A stretch of DNA of 64,000 nucleotides from Minisyncoccota bacterium (GCA_041661305.1 JBAZUR010000001.1:313986-377985); one strand, 5' to 3'. Counted from the stretch's first letter, positions 27,315 to 36,895 are shown. The notes: generated by a model not told the origin, from the sequence alone. Made by a program: numbers and translations.

Positions 27315-27548
27315 CTAAGACTTTTTAACTGCTTTCTTAGTAGGTTCTGCGGCTGCCTTGCGCTTTTTGAAACGCTCAACACGTCCGGCGGTGTCGATAA
27401 CCTTTTCGTTGCCAGTATAGAATGGGTGGCAAGCACTACAGATTTCCACCTTAATTTCAGGCAAACCAGAAGAAACGACGTAAGTCGCTCCACAGGCGCA
27501 GGTAGCCTTAATTTCGTCGTTATATTTTGGGTGAATCTCTTTCTTCAT
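27315..27548 (-). CDS. rpmE: 50S ribosomal protein L31 (Zn-binding type)
   Basis: MKKEIHPKY, CACG, CSACHPFYTG, GRVERF. Confidence 0.96.
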   Translation of the reverse strand: MKKEIHPKYNDEIKATCACGATYVVSSGLPEIKVEICSACHPFYTGNEKVIDTAGRVERFKKRKAAAEPTKKAVKKS

Positions 27549-27599
27549 AAGCCTGTACTTTACTAGAAAGTGTTGAAATTTGCAAATGTTCATTTCTTC

Positions 27600-27686
27600 T
27601 CTATTTTTAAAATGCACGCCTAATTTTCTGCTGAAAATTGGCTATACTCACGCCGGTCGCGTTCCGTAATGCATTTTAAAAATAGA
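27600..27686 (-). ncRNA. putative structured RNA motif, copy C
   Basis: 16-bp P1, then AUUACGGA-ACGC[GACCG]GCGU-GAGUAUA-GCC AAUUUUC[AGCA]GAAAAUU A GGC-GU-P1'. Confidence 0.65.
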
Positions 27687-27713
27687 TAAAGGGGGTATTT
27701 ATTCAAAAGCAAA

Positions 27714-29102
27714 TCAAACCCCTTTCAAAAACTCAATATTAGCTTGGATAGTTTCTGCTTTTTGTAAAACCTGCGTGCCATAAAAAGTGTTAACTGGTTT
27801 TCTGTTGTCACAACTTCTACCAGAATAATACCTACACGCCGCATTTCTTTCCGCGGTATAACTTCCACTCACGGCTCCAAGATCAGAGAGATATATCGCT
27901 GTTGCTATAAACGAATGTTCTGGATTCCAAGGATTTGCTTCATTTTGAGAAACACCAACCGAGCTCGCTATTCGTTTTTTAAAAATTTCCCAAGTTGATG
28001 GAATAAATTGTGAAGGTCCCATTCCCCCACCATAACCACGCGATGATGACCACTTCGCTGCTGGTGGACACGAAATGGGAGTAACCTTCCAGTCCATTCC
28101 GAGTCTATTGGTAATATCTTTAAATGGCTCTGTGTCTCTAGGGGACTTCATGACTTTCTCGAAAATCGTTCCAGTATTTTTTCCAACACCATCACCTGTA
28201 TCAATACTAGACAAAATACATGATCCAACATTTTTACCTAAGTCAGATTCCTGAGTAAGAATCGCCAAAATAAGCGCAGGTCGTATACCAGTTTTACTTC
28301 CAGCCAAAGTTGCGTATTCAAGTGCTTTCGCGAAAGAGATTCCATCTGTGTCACGAAGCTTAAACAACGCAGCCCTGATTTGAGCTGCCCTAGCTTGCCT
28401 TTCACTTAGCACAGCTTGATAACCGCTTGCTTCACTTTTTGTAGCCGCTAAAAGCTTCTTTTTTTCTGCTTCCGTTTGCGCAATGGTCTTCTTTTTTACC
28501 TCAACAACATATTTAGCGTCTGCTTCCTCATTTTTCTTTTGGTCCAATCTTTTACGCTCTTCCTCTGTTGTTGCCTTAACCTCTCTAACAAGAGTGAAGT
28601 GCTGTCTCATTTCATTTTTTATTGAACTAAACGAATCAATGTCCTGAAAGAACTCGGAAAGGTTCCTGTTGGACAACATAACTTCAACCACAGACTCTTC
28701 GTCTATCTCGTTTGTTTTTCTGATAATTTGCGCCAACGACTGACGCCCGTCGTCAAGTTTAACCTCAAGGTCTTTTATTTTTTTACTCTTCTCGTTAATC
28801 TGTTTTCCGAGCTGAGAAATAGCTAGATTTTTTTGCCTGATCATTAATTCTGCCTCTCTTATTTTAGCCGTGAGGATAGTGACGTCTCCCTGAATAGTAT
28901 TCGCCTTTTTACGCGTCTCGTCTAAAACCATCTGCCATGTATTAATTTCTTTTTGAAGTGCGTCGTATTCCGCTTGAAGCTTTGCTTCTTGCTGATTGAT
29001 AACATCTGCTGTTTGAGCATTAGCGCCCAGAGAAAAAAGTACCGAAAAAGATGTCGCCAAAAATACGACTAGGAATATTTTAAAAGGATGGCGAAGTATC
29101 AT
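27714..29102 (-). CDS. secreted coiled-coil protein with C-terminal lytic transglycosylase domain
   Basis: Signal peptide, CwlO-like coiled coil, ILTQES (catalytic Glu), GGMGPSQFIPSTW; start uncertain. Confidence 0.8.
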   Translation of the reverse strand: MILRHPFKIFLVVFLATSFSVLFSLGANAQTADVINQQEAKLQAEYDALQKEINTWQMVLDETRKKANTIQGDVTILTAKIREAELMIRQKNLAISQLGKQINEKSKKIKDLEVKLDDGRQSLAQIIRKTNEIDEESVVEVMLSNRNLSEFFQDIDSFSSIKNEMRQHFTLVREVKATTEEERKRLDQKKNEEADAKYVVEVKKKTIAQTEAEKKKLLAATKSEASGYQAVLSERQARAAQIRAALFKLRDTDGISFAKALEYATLAGSKTGIRPALILAILTQESDLGKNVGSCILSSIDTGDGVGKNTGTIFEKVMKSPRDTEPFKDITNRLGMDWKVTPISCPPAAKWSSSRGYGGGMGPSQFIPSTWEIFKKRIASSVGVSQNEANPWNPEHSFIATAIYLSDLGAVSGSYTAERNAACRYYSGRSCDNRKPVNTFYGTQVLQKAETIQANIEFLKGV

Positions 29103-29202
29103 AATAGCTAAAAAGAAAAACTGGTGTATTGATTTCAGGAAAATTACACCATCTATATATTCTATCTTACTGAATACTTTCAAGCCACACGACGAAAAAA
29201 TT

Positions 29203-29234
29203 AAAAAACAGAATGATTTGGCATTCTGTTTTTT
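29203..29234 (-). terminator. intrinsic terminator after rplY
   Basis: AAAAAACAGAATG-N6-CATTCTGTTTTTT. Confidence 0.75.
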
Positions 29235-29255
29235 GTGTTTACTTTGTAGATTGTC

Positions 29256-29900
29256 CTATTTTTCCTCTTCTTCTGCTCCGGACTCTTCTTTCTTACCTTT
29301 CTTTTCAACTTCAATTGCAGAAAGGTCAATTGCTGCAACCGGTGCCTCTTCTTCTTTGGCTGCTTCTGATACCAAAGCAACGATTTCGTCACCTTTTGTT
29401 AAGACGGTAACACCTTTTGGCATTTTAATGTCACTAACGGTAACGTGTCCGTCAATCGCAACAATAGAGGAAACATCAACAACAATGTTGTGTGGTAAAT
29501 CTTGTGGTAGAGCTTCAACCTCAATTTCGTGAAGAACCTTAACCAATATTCCACCAAAATCTTTAACTGCTGGAGAAACCCCTTCAAACTCTAGAGGAAC
29601 TTCAATCTGGGTCTTTTTATCTTTTTCAACAACATAAAAATCAACATGAATAGGCTCGTGGCGGATTGGGTCATACTGCACTTCGTGAACCAAAACATCA
29701 GTATTGCCATTTGATCCAGTTAGACGCACAAGTGATGATTCCCCTGCTTCTTTTAGTACTTTTTTAAACTGAACAGTATCAACAGAAAATGAAGTTGATT
29801 TTGCTTTTGGTCCGTAAAATACAGCGGGAATACGCCCGTTTTTTCGTACGGTGGCAAGATTTGCCTTCATGTCTCGTTCTTCTATTGCTAGTTCAAACAT
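29256..29900 (-). CDS. rplY: 50S ribosomal protein L25 (Ctc type)
   Basis: GRIPAVFYG, HVDFY, acidic tail; TATAAT 7 nt before ATG 29900. Confidence 0.94.
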   Translation of the reverse strand: MFELAIEERDMKANLATVRKNGRIPAVFYGPKAKSTSFSVDTVQFKKVLKEAGESSLVRLTGSNGNTDVLVHEVQYDPIRHEPIHVDFYVVEKDKKTQIEVPLEFEGVSPAVKDFGGILVKVLHEIEVEALPQDLPHNIVVDVSSIVAIDGHVTVSDIKMPKGVTVLTKGDEIVALVSEAAKEEEAPVAAIDLSAIEVEKKGKKEESGAEEEEK

Positions 29901-29966
29901 GGCGGACATTATACACAACCAAATAAAATTGTGAAGTCTTTGTAAGACAACACTTTTTTAAAGATA

Positions 29967-30833
29967 TTAAACACCACTAAACATTAAAATATATCTTTTT
30001 ACAAAATCCTTTAGGTCGTCAACCACAGCAGAGTCGTATTTATATGGAGCAACCTGATTCTCCTCAATACTTTTATCAACAGCCTCTTTGGTTGATTTTT
30101 GATACAGCACTCTCATCTCTGTACTTATATGGACAATTCTTATACCGGCACGAATAGCCTCCTTAAAATCTTCTTCTGAAATACCAGAACCACCGTGTAA
30201 GACTAGCGGTGTGTTAATTTTATTTTTTATATCTCTAATAGAAGAGATACTAAGAGCTGGGTTGCCAATACCTTTAATAAAACCGTGAATGTTGCCGACT
30301 GACGGTGCAAATAAATCAATTCCCGTGGAGTTTACAAAACTCTCTGCTTCCTCTGGCTTTGTAAAATTCTTAAGGTCAATTCCTTCTGGAACTGTATCAA
30401 TAACCTGTGAGGACATTCCGATATATCCAATCTCTGCTTCAATAAGAACATCTTTACCGCTCGCCTTAGCGTAATCAACACACTGCTTAGTAATTTGAGT
30501 ATTATCTCCAAGTAAAAGTTTTGCTCCGTCAAAAATAACAGCGTCAAAACCAGCATCGATTGCTTCTTTAACGCGCTCAAATGAATAGGAGTGGTCTGCA
30601 TTTAAAAAGATTGGAAAATCATGTTCTTCGCGCAAACTACGCACTAAAGCGACAATTTGCTCCACTCCAATATAATCCCTCTCCCCCTCAGAAACACCAA
30701 CAATAACCGGCTGATTTAGCTCTTTTGCGGCCTCAAAAACGCCTTTTAGCATCTCCAGATTTGAGACATTGAAGTGCCCAATCGCAACACCCTTCTCGTC
30801 AGCCTCCTTAATAACCTCTCTTAATGATTTCAT
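29967..30833 (-). CDS. fba: class II fructose-bisphosphate aldolase family protein
   Basis: NADH, EAEIG, VGNIHG, LVLHGGSG. Confidence 0.88.
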   Translation of the reverse strand: MKSLREVIKEADEKGVAIGHFNVSNLEMLKGVFEAAKELNQPVIVGVSEGERDYIGVEQIVALVRSLREEHDFPIFLNADHSYSFERVKEAIDAGFDAVIFDGAKLLLGDNTQITKQCVDYAKASGKDVLIEAEIGYIGMSSQVIDTVPEGIDLKNFTKPEEAESFVNSTGIDLFAPSVGNIHGFIKGIGNPALSISSIRDIKNKINTPLVLHGGSGISEEDFKEAIRAGIRIVHISTEMRVLYQKSTKEAVDKSIEENQVAPYKYDSAVVDDLKDFVKRYILMFSGV

Positions 30834-30882
30834 TTGAAAATATTATACCACGTGCTTCGAAAGCGTGTTAAAATATGTTTGT

Positions 30883-31869
30883 ATGAGTTTTGACATCATT
30901 GCAATTGGAGATACGGTCATCGACGATTTCATTCGCCTCGACGATTCTTCTGGCGGTTCTGTTAACGAAGAAAAAAATCTTCTTTGTATACCATTTCGAA
31001 ATAAGGTTCCTTTTGAGTTTTCAAAACTAGTCTCTGCTGTTGGCAATAGTCCAAACGCGGCCGTTGCCGCATCTAGACTCGGATTGAAGTCGGCCATAGT
31101 GACAAACGTTGGACATGATGCCAACGGAAAATTGTGTATTGATACACTTCGAAAAGAATTGGTCTCAACAGATTTTGTGCGTCAACATGATGGTAAAAAA
31201 ACAAACTATCACTACGTTTTGTGGTTTCAAAATGATCGCACCATTTTAATAAAACACGAAAATTTCCCATACGAACTACCTCACTTTGAAAACCCAAAAT
31301 GGCTTTATCTAAGTTCTCTTGGGGAACACTCTCTGTCTTTCCATGAAACTATAGCTGAATATTGTGCCGAGAACCCGCGCGTTAAACTCGCCTTTCAGCC
31401 AGGCACATATCAAATGAAATTTGGACGCGAATCACTTCGTCATATATATGCACGAACAGATTTTTTTATCTGTAACATAGAAGAAGCACAGCTCATACTA
31501 AACACTAACGAAAAAGACCCGAAGAAATTACTTGGAATGATGCGTGCGCTCGGACCAAAAATTGTTGTCCTAACAGATGGACCAAATGGCGCATATCTGT
31601 CGCACGCCGAAGACAATTGGTTTATTCCGCTTTATCCCGATCATCGTCCTGCTTACGAACGCACTGGCGCAGGAGATGCTTTCGCTTCTACGTTTGTTTC
31701 CGCACTCGCTTTAGGTAAAAGCCCTGTTGAAGCATTCACGTGGGCACCGGTAAATTCCATGTCTGTTGTACAAAAAATCGGCGCGCAAGAAGGACTTCTT
31801 TCTCGCGAAAAGCTTGAGGAATTATTAAAAGCTGCCTCCCCGGCAGAATATCTTCCCAAAAAAATCTAG
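30883..31869 (+). CDS. PfkB-family carbohydrate kinase
   Basis: GNSPNAAVAASRLG, ERTGAGDAF. Confidence 0.9.
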   Translation: MSFDIIAIGDTVIDDFIRLDDSSGGSVNEEKNLLCIPFRNKVPFEFSKLVSAVGNSPNAAVAASRLGLKSAIVTNVGHDANGKLCIDTLRKELVSTDFVRQHDGKKTNYHYVLWFQNDRTILIKHENFPYELPHFENPKWLYLSSLGEHSLSFHETIAEYCAENPRVKLAFQPGTYQMKFGRESLRHIYARTDFFICNIEEAQLILNTNEKDPKKLLGMMRALGPKIVVLTDGPNGAYLSHAEDNWFIPLYPDHRPAYERTGAGDAFASTFVSALALGKSPVEAFTWAPVNSMSVVQKIGAQEGLLSREKLEELLKAASPAEYLPKKI

Positions 31870-31877
31870 TTTTAAAA

Positions 31878-32891
31878 TTACGATTTCAAAAGACGAGCGA
31901 GCGAAAGAACCTCGTTGGCCGCTTTTTTGATTGAACCAACTCCCATTTCGTAATGTTCTATAAGCTCTTCTGGCTTACCAGATTGTCCAAATAAGTCTTT
32001 AACGCCAACGAATTTTATGGGTGTCGGCAATTCCGAAGACAAAAGTTCTGAAATAACACTTCCCATTCCTCCCGCAATTTGGTGTTCCTCTACTGTAACA
32101 ATTGCGTGATATTTGCGAGCAAAATTTAACACAGCTTCTTTATCGAGAGGTTTTATTGTCGCAAGATTCATAACCCCAACAGAAATTCCTTCTGTCTCAA
32201 GTTCACGCGCAGAAACAAGAGCTTTGTGAACAAGTGCTCCCGTAGCAATGATTCCAACTTTTTTATCATAAGAATTTTCCGTCTCGTAAAACACCTGCGC
32301 TTTACCAATTTCAAACGGAGTATCATCTCCCGTAATGATTGGAGTTTTTTCTCTTGCAAGACGAATATAAACTGGACCATTAAATTTTGCAGCAGCAATT
32401 GTCGCTTTCTTCGCTTCAATAGAATCACACGGAACAAGTACTGTCATTCTTGGAATAACACGAGTCAAAGCAATATCCTCAACAGCCTGATGAGTTCCAC
32501 CATCTGGACCAACAGAAATTCCCGCATGAGAGCCAACTATTTTGGCATTAACATTGTTATAGCAAATAGTCGTGCGAATCTGCTCCCAATTTCTTCCAGG
32601 AGAAAACATCGCGTATGACGTAAAGAACGGAATCTTTCCCATTACTGCCATTCCCGAGGCAACTGCCGCCAAATTTTGCTCAGCTACACCCATTTCAATA
32701 AATCGTGCAGGAAATCTCTCTTTAAACAGATGCATTTGTGTTGATTCTGTAAGATCAGCGCACAATCCAACAACTCTGTCATCTTGTGTTCCAGCAATTA
32801 ACAATCCTTCACCAAAACCCTTTCGTATTGGTAGCTGTTCAACGTCAACATCGAAAAGTTTTGGATTTAATTTTATATCTTTGTTTAACAT
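31878..32891 (-). CDS. transketolase, C-terminal subunit
   Basis: GVAEQN, GPDGGTHQ, EEHQIAGGMG. Confidence 0.92.
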   Translation of the reverse strand: MLNKDIKLNPKLFDVDVEQLPIRKGFGEGLLIAGTQDDRVVGLCADLTESTQMHLFKERFPARFIEMGVAEQNLAAVASGMAVMGKIPFFTSYAMFSPGRNWEQIRTTICYNNVNAKIVGSHAGISVGPDGGTHQAVEDIALTRVIPRMTVLVPCDSIEAKKATIAAAKFNGPVYIRLAREKTPIITGDDTPFEIGKAQVFYETENSYDKKVGIIATGALVHKALVSARELETEGISVGVMNLATIKPLDKEAVLNFARKYHAIVTVEEHQIAGGMGSVISELLSSELPTPIKFVGVKDLFGQSGKPEELIEHYEMGVGSIKKAANEVLSLARLLKS

Positions 32892-32894
32892 ATT

Positions 32895-33758
32895 CTAATG
32901 TGCTTCACTTTCAATTTGTCCGTGTAAAGTGCGGAGTTCTTTTAAAGCCTGTGCTCCTTGCTCTTTATTTGGGGTAACGCCATGCCACCTAAAATCACGC
33001 TCAAACTCTGGTACTCCTTTTCCTGGAATTGTGTGCGCAATAATAACTGATGGTTTTTCAAAAATCGCACGAGCCTGTTCTACCGCCTCAATAATTCCCT
33101 GAAAATTATGTCCGTCTATTTCTTGCACGTGCCAACCAAATGATTCCCATTTTTCGTGAAGTGGTTCAAGGGGCATAATGTCTTCCGTAAATCCGTCTAT
33201 TTGAATGTTATTTCTATCTATAATTGCTATAACATTACGGAGTTTTTCTTTACCAGCAAGCATTATAGCCTCCCAGTTTTCACCAGCATCAAGCTCCCCA
33301 TCGCCCAATAAGCAGTAAAAAAAGTGTGGAGTGGAACGACCATGGTCTATTCTATCGGCAAGAGCCATACCGACCGTTTGTGAAAGTCCTGAACCAAGCG
33401 GTCCAGATGACGTTTCTACAAATGGAAGCCATTCACGGTGTGGATGACCCTGCAGTCGAGACCCAAACTTTCGAAGTGTTTTTAATTCCTCCACTGGAAA
33501 GTATCCAGCGTGAGCGAGTGTCGCATAAAGTACAGGACAAATGTGTCCGTTTGAAAGTATTAACCTATCGCGTTCATCCCAGTTGGGTCGCTTCGGGTCG
33601 TGCTGTAAAAAATGAAAATAGGCAGCAGTAAAAATGTCTGTCATACCAAGCGGTCCAGCTGTATGACCAGAACCAGCCTCCATAAGCATACCAATAATAG
33701 ACTGGCGAATTTCATTCGCCTTAAGTTCTAAAAATTTAATTTCTTTGTCAGATAGCAT
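32895..33758 (-). CDS. transketolase, N-terminal subunit
   Basis: GSGH, RDRLILSNGH, LQGHP, GDGE...N (TPP-binding). Confidence 0.92.
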   Translation of the reverse strand: MLSDKEIKFLELKANEIRQSIIGMLMEAGSGHTAGPLGMTDIFTAAYFHFLQHDPKRPNWDERDRLILSNGHICPVLYATLAHAGYFPVEELKTLRKFGSRLQGHPHREWLPFVETSSGPLGSGLSQTVGMALADRIDHGRSTPHFFYCLLGDGELDAGENWEAIMLAGKEKLRNVIAIIDRNNIQIDGFTEDIMPLEPLHEKWESFGWHVQEIDGHNFQGIIEAVEQARAIFEKPSVIIAHTIPGKGVPEFERDFRWHGVTPNKEQGAQALKELRTLHGQIESEAH

Positions 33759-34425
33759 TGTTTGCTGTGTTATAAAGATCTCCTATTGCACCGTGAGTAT
33801 TTTCATTTTTAAATATCGCAGATCCAGCAACCAAACGATTAGCGCCCGCGTTTACAAGATCTGAAACATTACTCATTCCCACTCCACCATCAACACTTAT
33901 TATAACATCAGGAAATTTTTTTCTAAATGAGGATATCTTTTCAATAACCCTTTTATCAAATGGTTCACCTTGAAGACCTATTGTCGCAATACCCATAAAC
34001 TGAACAAAATCTATATCGGTAATAAATTTTTCCAAAACTTCATTGGGTGTATCAATATTTAAAGCTAAACCAACTTCTAAATCTTTTTCTTTCGCAAGTG
34101 CAATCGCTTCACTTATTAATTCTGTACTTTCAACATGGAGTATTATTCTCGAAGCACCAATCATTACAAACCGGTCAATTTCTTTTTCGGGATTTTTAAT
34201 CATCAAATCAAATTCGTAATCAATTTCTTCCCAGTTTGGTAATCCTTCGAATTCAAACTCAAACGCTTTGGCATCAAAAGAAATATACGGCCATGTTTTA
34301 CCACGAACAAAAATTCCATCCATCACATCAATTTGCACCCATGGAGCAGAACCAACAACACGCGAAATGTGTTCTTCTAAATCGTTTAAACTTCGTGGCA
34401 TTACCGCCGGAATAATTTCAATCAT
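33748..34425 (-). CDS. rpe: ribulose-phosphate 3-epimerase
   Basis: QIDVMDG, DLM, VDGG, VAGSAIF. Confidence 0.88.
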   Translation of the reverse strand: MIEIIPAVMPRSLNDLEEHISRVVGSAPWVQIDVMDGIFVRGKTWPYISFDAKAFEFEFEGLPNWEEIDYEFDLMIKNPEKEIDRFVMIGASRIILHVESTELISEAIALAKEKDLEVGLALNIDTPNEVLEKFITDIDFVQFMGIATIGLQGEPFDKRVIEKISSFRKKFPDVIISVDGGVGMSNVSDLVNAGANRLVAGSAIFKNENTHGAIGDLYNTANNAI

Positions 34426-34438
34426 AGTGGATTAGCGA

Positions 34439-34810
34439 TTAGGCTTTAGGTGTTAGCTTATTAATACTAGAGATTAAACCATTCAACATTTTCATAACTT
34501 CATTGAGTAACTGCTCTACATCAGAATAATCTAGATTGGATGTTTTAGGAAGTTTCTTAGCCAGCTCAACTTGAGTTTCTAGTTCCCCACCAGAACCAAA
34601 AGCAATCAATAAAAAATGTCTAAATTCTTTACTACCGCCCCTAAGTTTTCCTTCAGCAATATTTGAAGGGATAGACACGACTGCCCGCCTCATTTGCGAA
34701 GTAAGCCCGTAAATCTCCTCTTTAGGAAAATTCTCCGTTAAACAGTACACCTTTACAGCCAAGTCCATCGCCTTGCTCCAAACTAATAAATCCTTGTACG
34801 TTTTACTCAT
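34439..34810 (-). CDS. four-helix-bundle protein (23S rRNA IVS protein / bAvd-like family)
   Basis: YKDLLVW, FPKEEIYGLTSQMRRAVVSIPSNIAEG, GSGGELETQ. Confidence 0.92.
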   Translation of the reverse strand: MSKTYKDLLVWSKAMDLAVKVYCLTENFPKEEIYGLTSQMRRAVVSIPSNIAEGKLRGGSKEFRHFLLIAFGSGGELETQVELAKKLPKTSNLDYSDVEQLLNEVMKMLNGLISSINKLTPKA

Positions 34811-34841
34811 AATTACTAGTGCCTAGAGCCTAACTGACCAA

Positions 34842-35294
34842 CTAATTATCTAGTTGGTCTAATTTGGCTATTCGCCTTTTGTGTCGTTCCTCACCAGAAA
34901 ATTCGGTCTCAAGCCACATTTTAACAGCCTGTTTAGCTTCTTCTTCGCTGACAAAGCGCGCGCCGATAGAAAGAACGTTTGCGTCGTTATGTTCACGAGA
35001 AAGACGCACGATAGTGCCCGCACCACCATAATAAACAACTGCGCGAACCCCCTTAAAACGGTTGGCAACGATTGCCTCCCCTTGTCCAGAACCACCAAGG
35101 ACAATCCCTTTAACTTCTCCTCCGCCATCCGCAACTTCTTTAGCTACTTCTGATACATGGTCGGGGTAATCGTCTTCTGGATCAAAAGAAAACGGTCCTT
35201 CGTCTGTTACTTCATACCCAAGGTCAATCAAAAACTGTAAAAGTTTTTCTTTCAAATCGTACCCTGCGTGATCAGAACCAATGAATATCTTCAT
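34842..35294 (-). CDS. rpiB: ribose-5-phosphate isomerase B family protein
   Basis: GSDHAG, DDYPD, GGSGQGE, REHNDANVL, RHKRRI. Confidence 0.92.
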   Translation of the reverse strand: MKIFIGSDHAGYDLKEKLLQFLIDLGYEVTDEGPFSFDPEDDYPDHVSEVAKEVADGGGEVKGIVLGGSGQGEAIVANRFKGVRAVVYYGGAGTIVRLSREHNDANVLSIGARFVSEEEAKQAVKMWLETEFSGEERHKRRIAKLDQLDN

Positions 35295-35343
35295 AGAAAA
35301 TTATAAATATTTAATTTCAAATTTTTAAATAATGTCATAATGT

Positions 35344-35691
35344 TTAATTTTTATCAGAACTGCTAAAAATTTTAGAAAAAATAAGCAATAATTCGTGGGA
35401 TTCTTTCCAAAGATTCTTACACTCATTAATCTTATCACTATTAGCTTTAGATATCATTCTAATCCAATATTTTGTCTCGTTAGCTTCTTTCCTGCAAATA
35501 CCCACCTTATTCCTAAAATCTTTTTTGGAACTTGCTTGATTTGCTTCCATGTAGTTGGCACCAATACTTGTAGCAGACCTAACAATCTGGTTAACAAATA
35601 TCTTGTTTACTTCATTCTTTGTTAAAGAATTAACGAAATCTATAATTTTTTCTCCAAATTTCGCAGTTCTCTCCTCAAGATCGTAATTCAT
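35344..35691 (-). CDS. four-helix-bundle protein (TIGR02436-like)
   Basis: DLEERT, QIVRSATSIGANYMEA, KKDF, KEANETKYW. Confidence 0.92.
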   Translation of the reverse strand: MNYDLEERTAKFGEKIIDFVNSLTKNEVNKIFVNQIVRSATSIGANYMEANQASSKKDFRNKVGICRKEANETKYWIRMISKANSDKINECKNLWKESHELLLIFSKIFSSSDKN

Positions 35692-35740
35692 TTCGTTACC
35701 TTAATACATTATTTTGAAATTAAAAATTTGAAATTTAAAA

Positions 35741-36784
35741 TTATACTATGTATGACGCCGCTTTAATTACGTGCTCAATAAGTGTTTTGGTATATCCCAT
35801 CTCGTTGTCATACCAAGCAAGAACCTTCACTAAATTTCCATCAACAACTTTAGTAAACGACAAATCAGCAATTGATGCGCGGGTATCGCCAATAATGTCA
35901 GCGGAAACAAGTGGCTCTTCTGTTATTGCGAAAATTCCTTTCCATCTCAACTCTTGCGCACCCTTTTTTAGTACTTCGTTTACCTCTTCAACAGTTGTCT
36001 CTCGTTTTGAGATAAAAGTAATATCAACTAAAGAACCCGCAACCACAGGGACTCTGATAGCAATACCATCAAATTTTCCACTTAAACCTTTAATCGCTTT
36101 TGTCACCGCAACAGCCGCGCCGGTCGTTGAAGGAATAATATTTTGCGCGCCAGCGCGACCACGACGAAAATCTTTTACATCTGGTAAATCAACAATACTT
36201 TGTGTTGCCGTGTAAGCATGCACTGTGTTTAAAACTGCTTTTTCTATTCCGATTGCATCATCTAAAATTTGCATAACCGGACCACCGGCGTTTGTGGTGC
36301 ATGAAGCATTTGAACTTACTTTGCAGGTTGATAACTCAACTTCGTTTACCCCCATAAGTACCGTTGCTCCATTTGGACCATTCTCTTCGCCATCTTTTGC
36401 TGGAGCAGAAATAACAACGCGCTTCGCGCCAGCATCAATATGCATTTTCGCTTTATCAAAGCTTTCAAATACTCCAGTTGATTCAACAACAACATCTATA
36501 TTTAAATTTCCCCACGGAAGTTTGGCTGGTTCACGCTCTGCGAGTAATAGAATTTCTTTGCTTCCAATCTTTAAATATTTCTCACTTCCTTTTTCTACGA
36601 TTTCAATCAATGTTCGCCCGCGACCATAAACAGTATCGTAACGCAAAAGATATGCGAGATTTTCCGCATCCCCTAAATCATTTATCGCAACAATAGTCAT
36701 CCGCGAGTCATTAAGTGCCAACTTCAAAAAGGCTCGCCCAATTCTCCCAAAACCATTTATCGCTACTCGTACATTTTTATCCAT
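35741..36784 (-). CDS. gap: glyceraldehyde-3-phosphate dehydrogenase, type I
   Basis: INGFGRIGR, SNASCTTN, IIPSTTGAA, WYDNE. Confidence 0.97.
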   Translation of the reverse strand: MDKNVRVAINGFGRIGRAFLKLALNDSRMTIVAINDLGDAENLAYLLRYDTVYGRGRTLIEIVEKGSEKYLKIGSKEILLLAEREPAKLPWGNLNIDVVVESTGVFESFDKAKMHIDAGAKRVVISAPAKDGEENGPNGATVLMGVNEVELSTCKVSSNASCTTNAGGPVMQILDDAIGIEKAVLNTVHAYTATQSIVDLPDVKDFRRGRAGAQNIIPSTTGAAVAVTKAIKGLSGKFDGIAIRVPVVAGSLVDITFISKRETTVEEVNEVLKKGAQELRWKGIFAITEEPLVSADIIGDTRASIADLSFTKVVDGNLVKVLAWYDNEMGYTKTLIEHVIKAASYIV

Positions 36785-36895
36785 ATTGTTCTATATTATA
36801 CAAAATTGCACACAAAATAAGAAGCAAATAAGGTGAATTTACTAGGTTTAATTTTACCTAAACAATATTCCATTTAATCTGTTATTTTTATTTAC

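Noticed and set aside
27549-27617. N-terminal extension of L31 in the ORF track (similar extensions for rnhB, the 21100 regulator and the 15349 protein)
   Set aside because: Family N-termini, overlaps and promoter positions support the downstream ATGs. The L31 extension overlaps RNA motif copy C.
34439-35691. Diversity-generating retroelement (Avd-like genes)
   Set aside because: No reverse transcriptase and no TR/VR pair with adenine-specific mismatches was seen.
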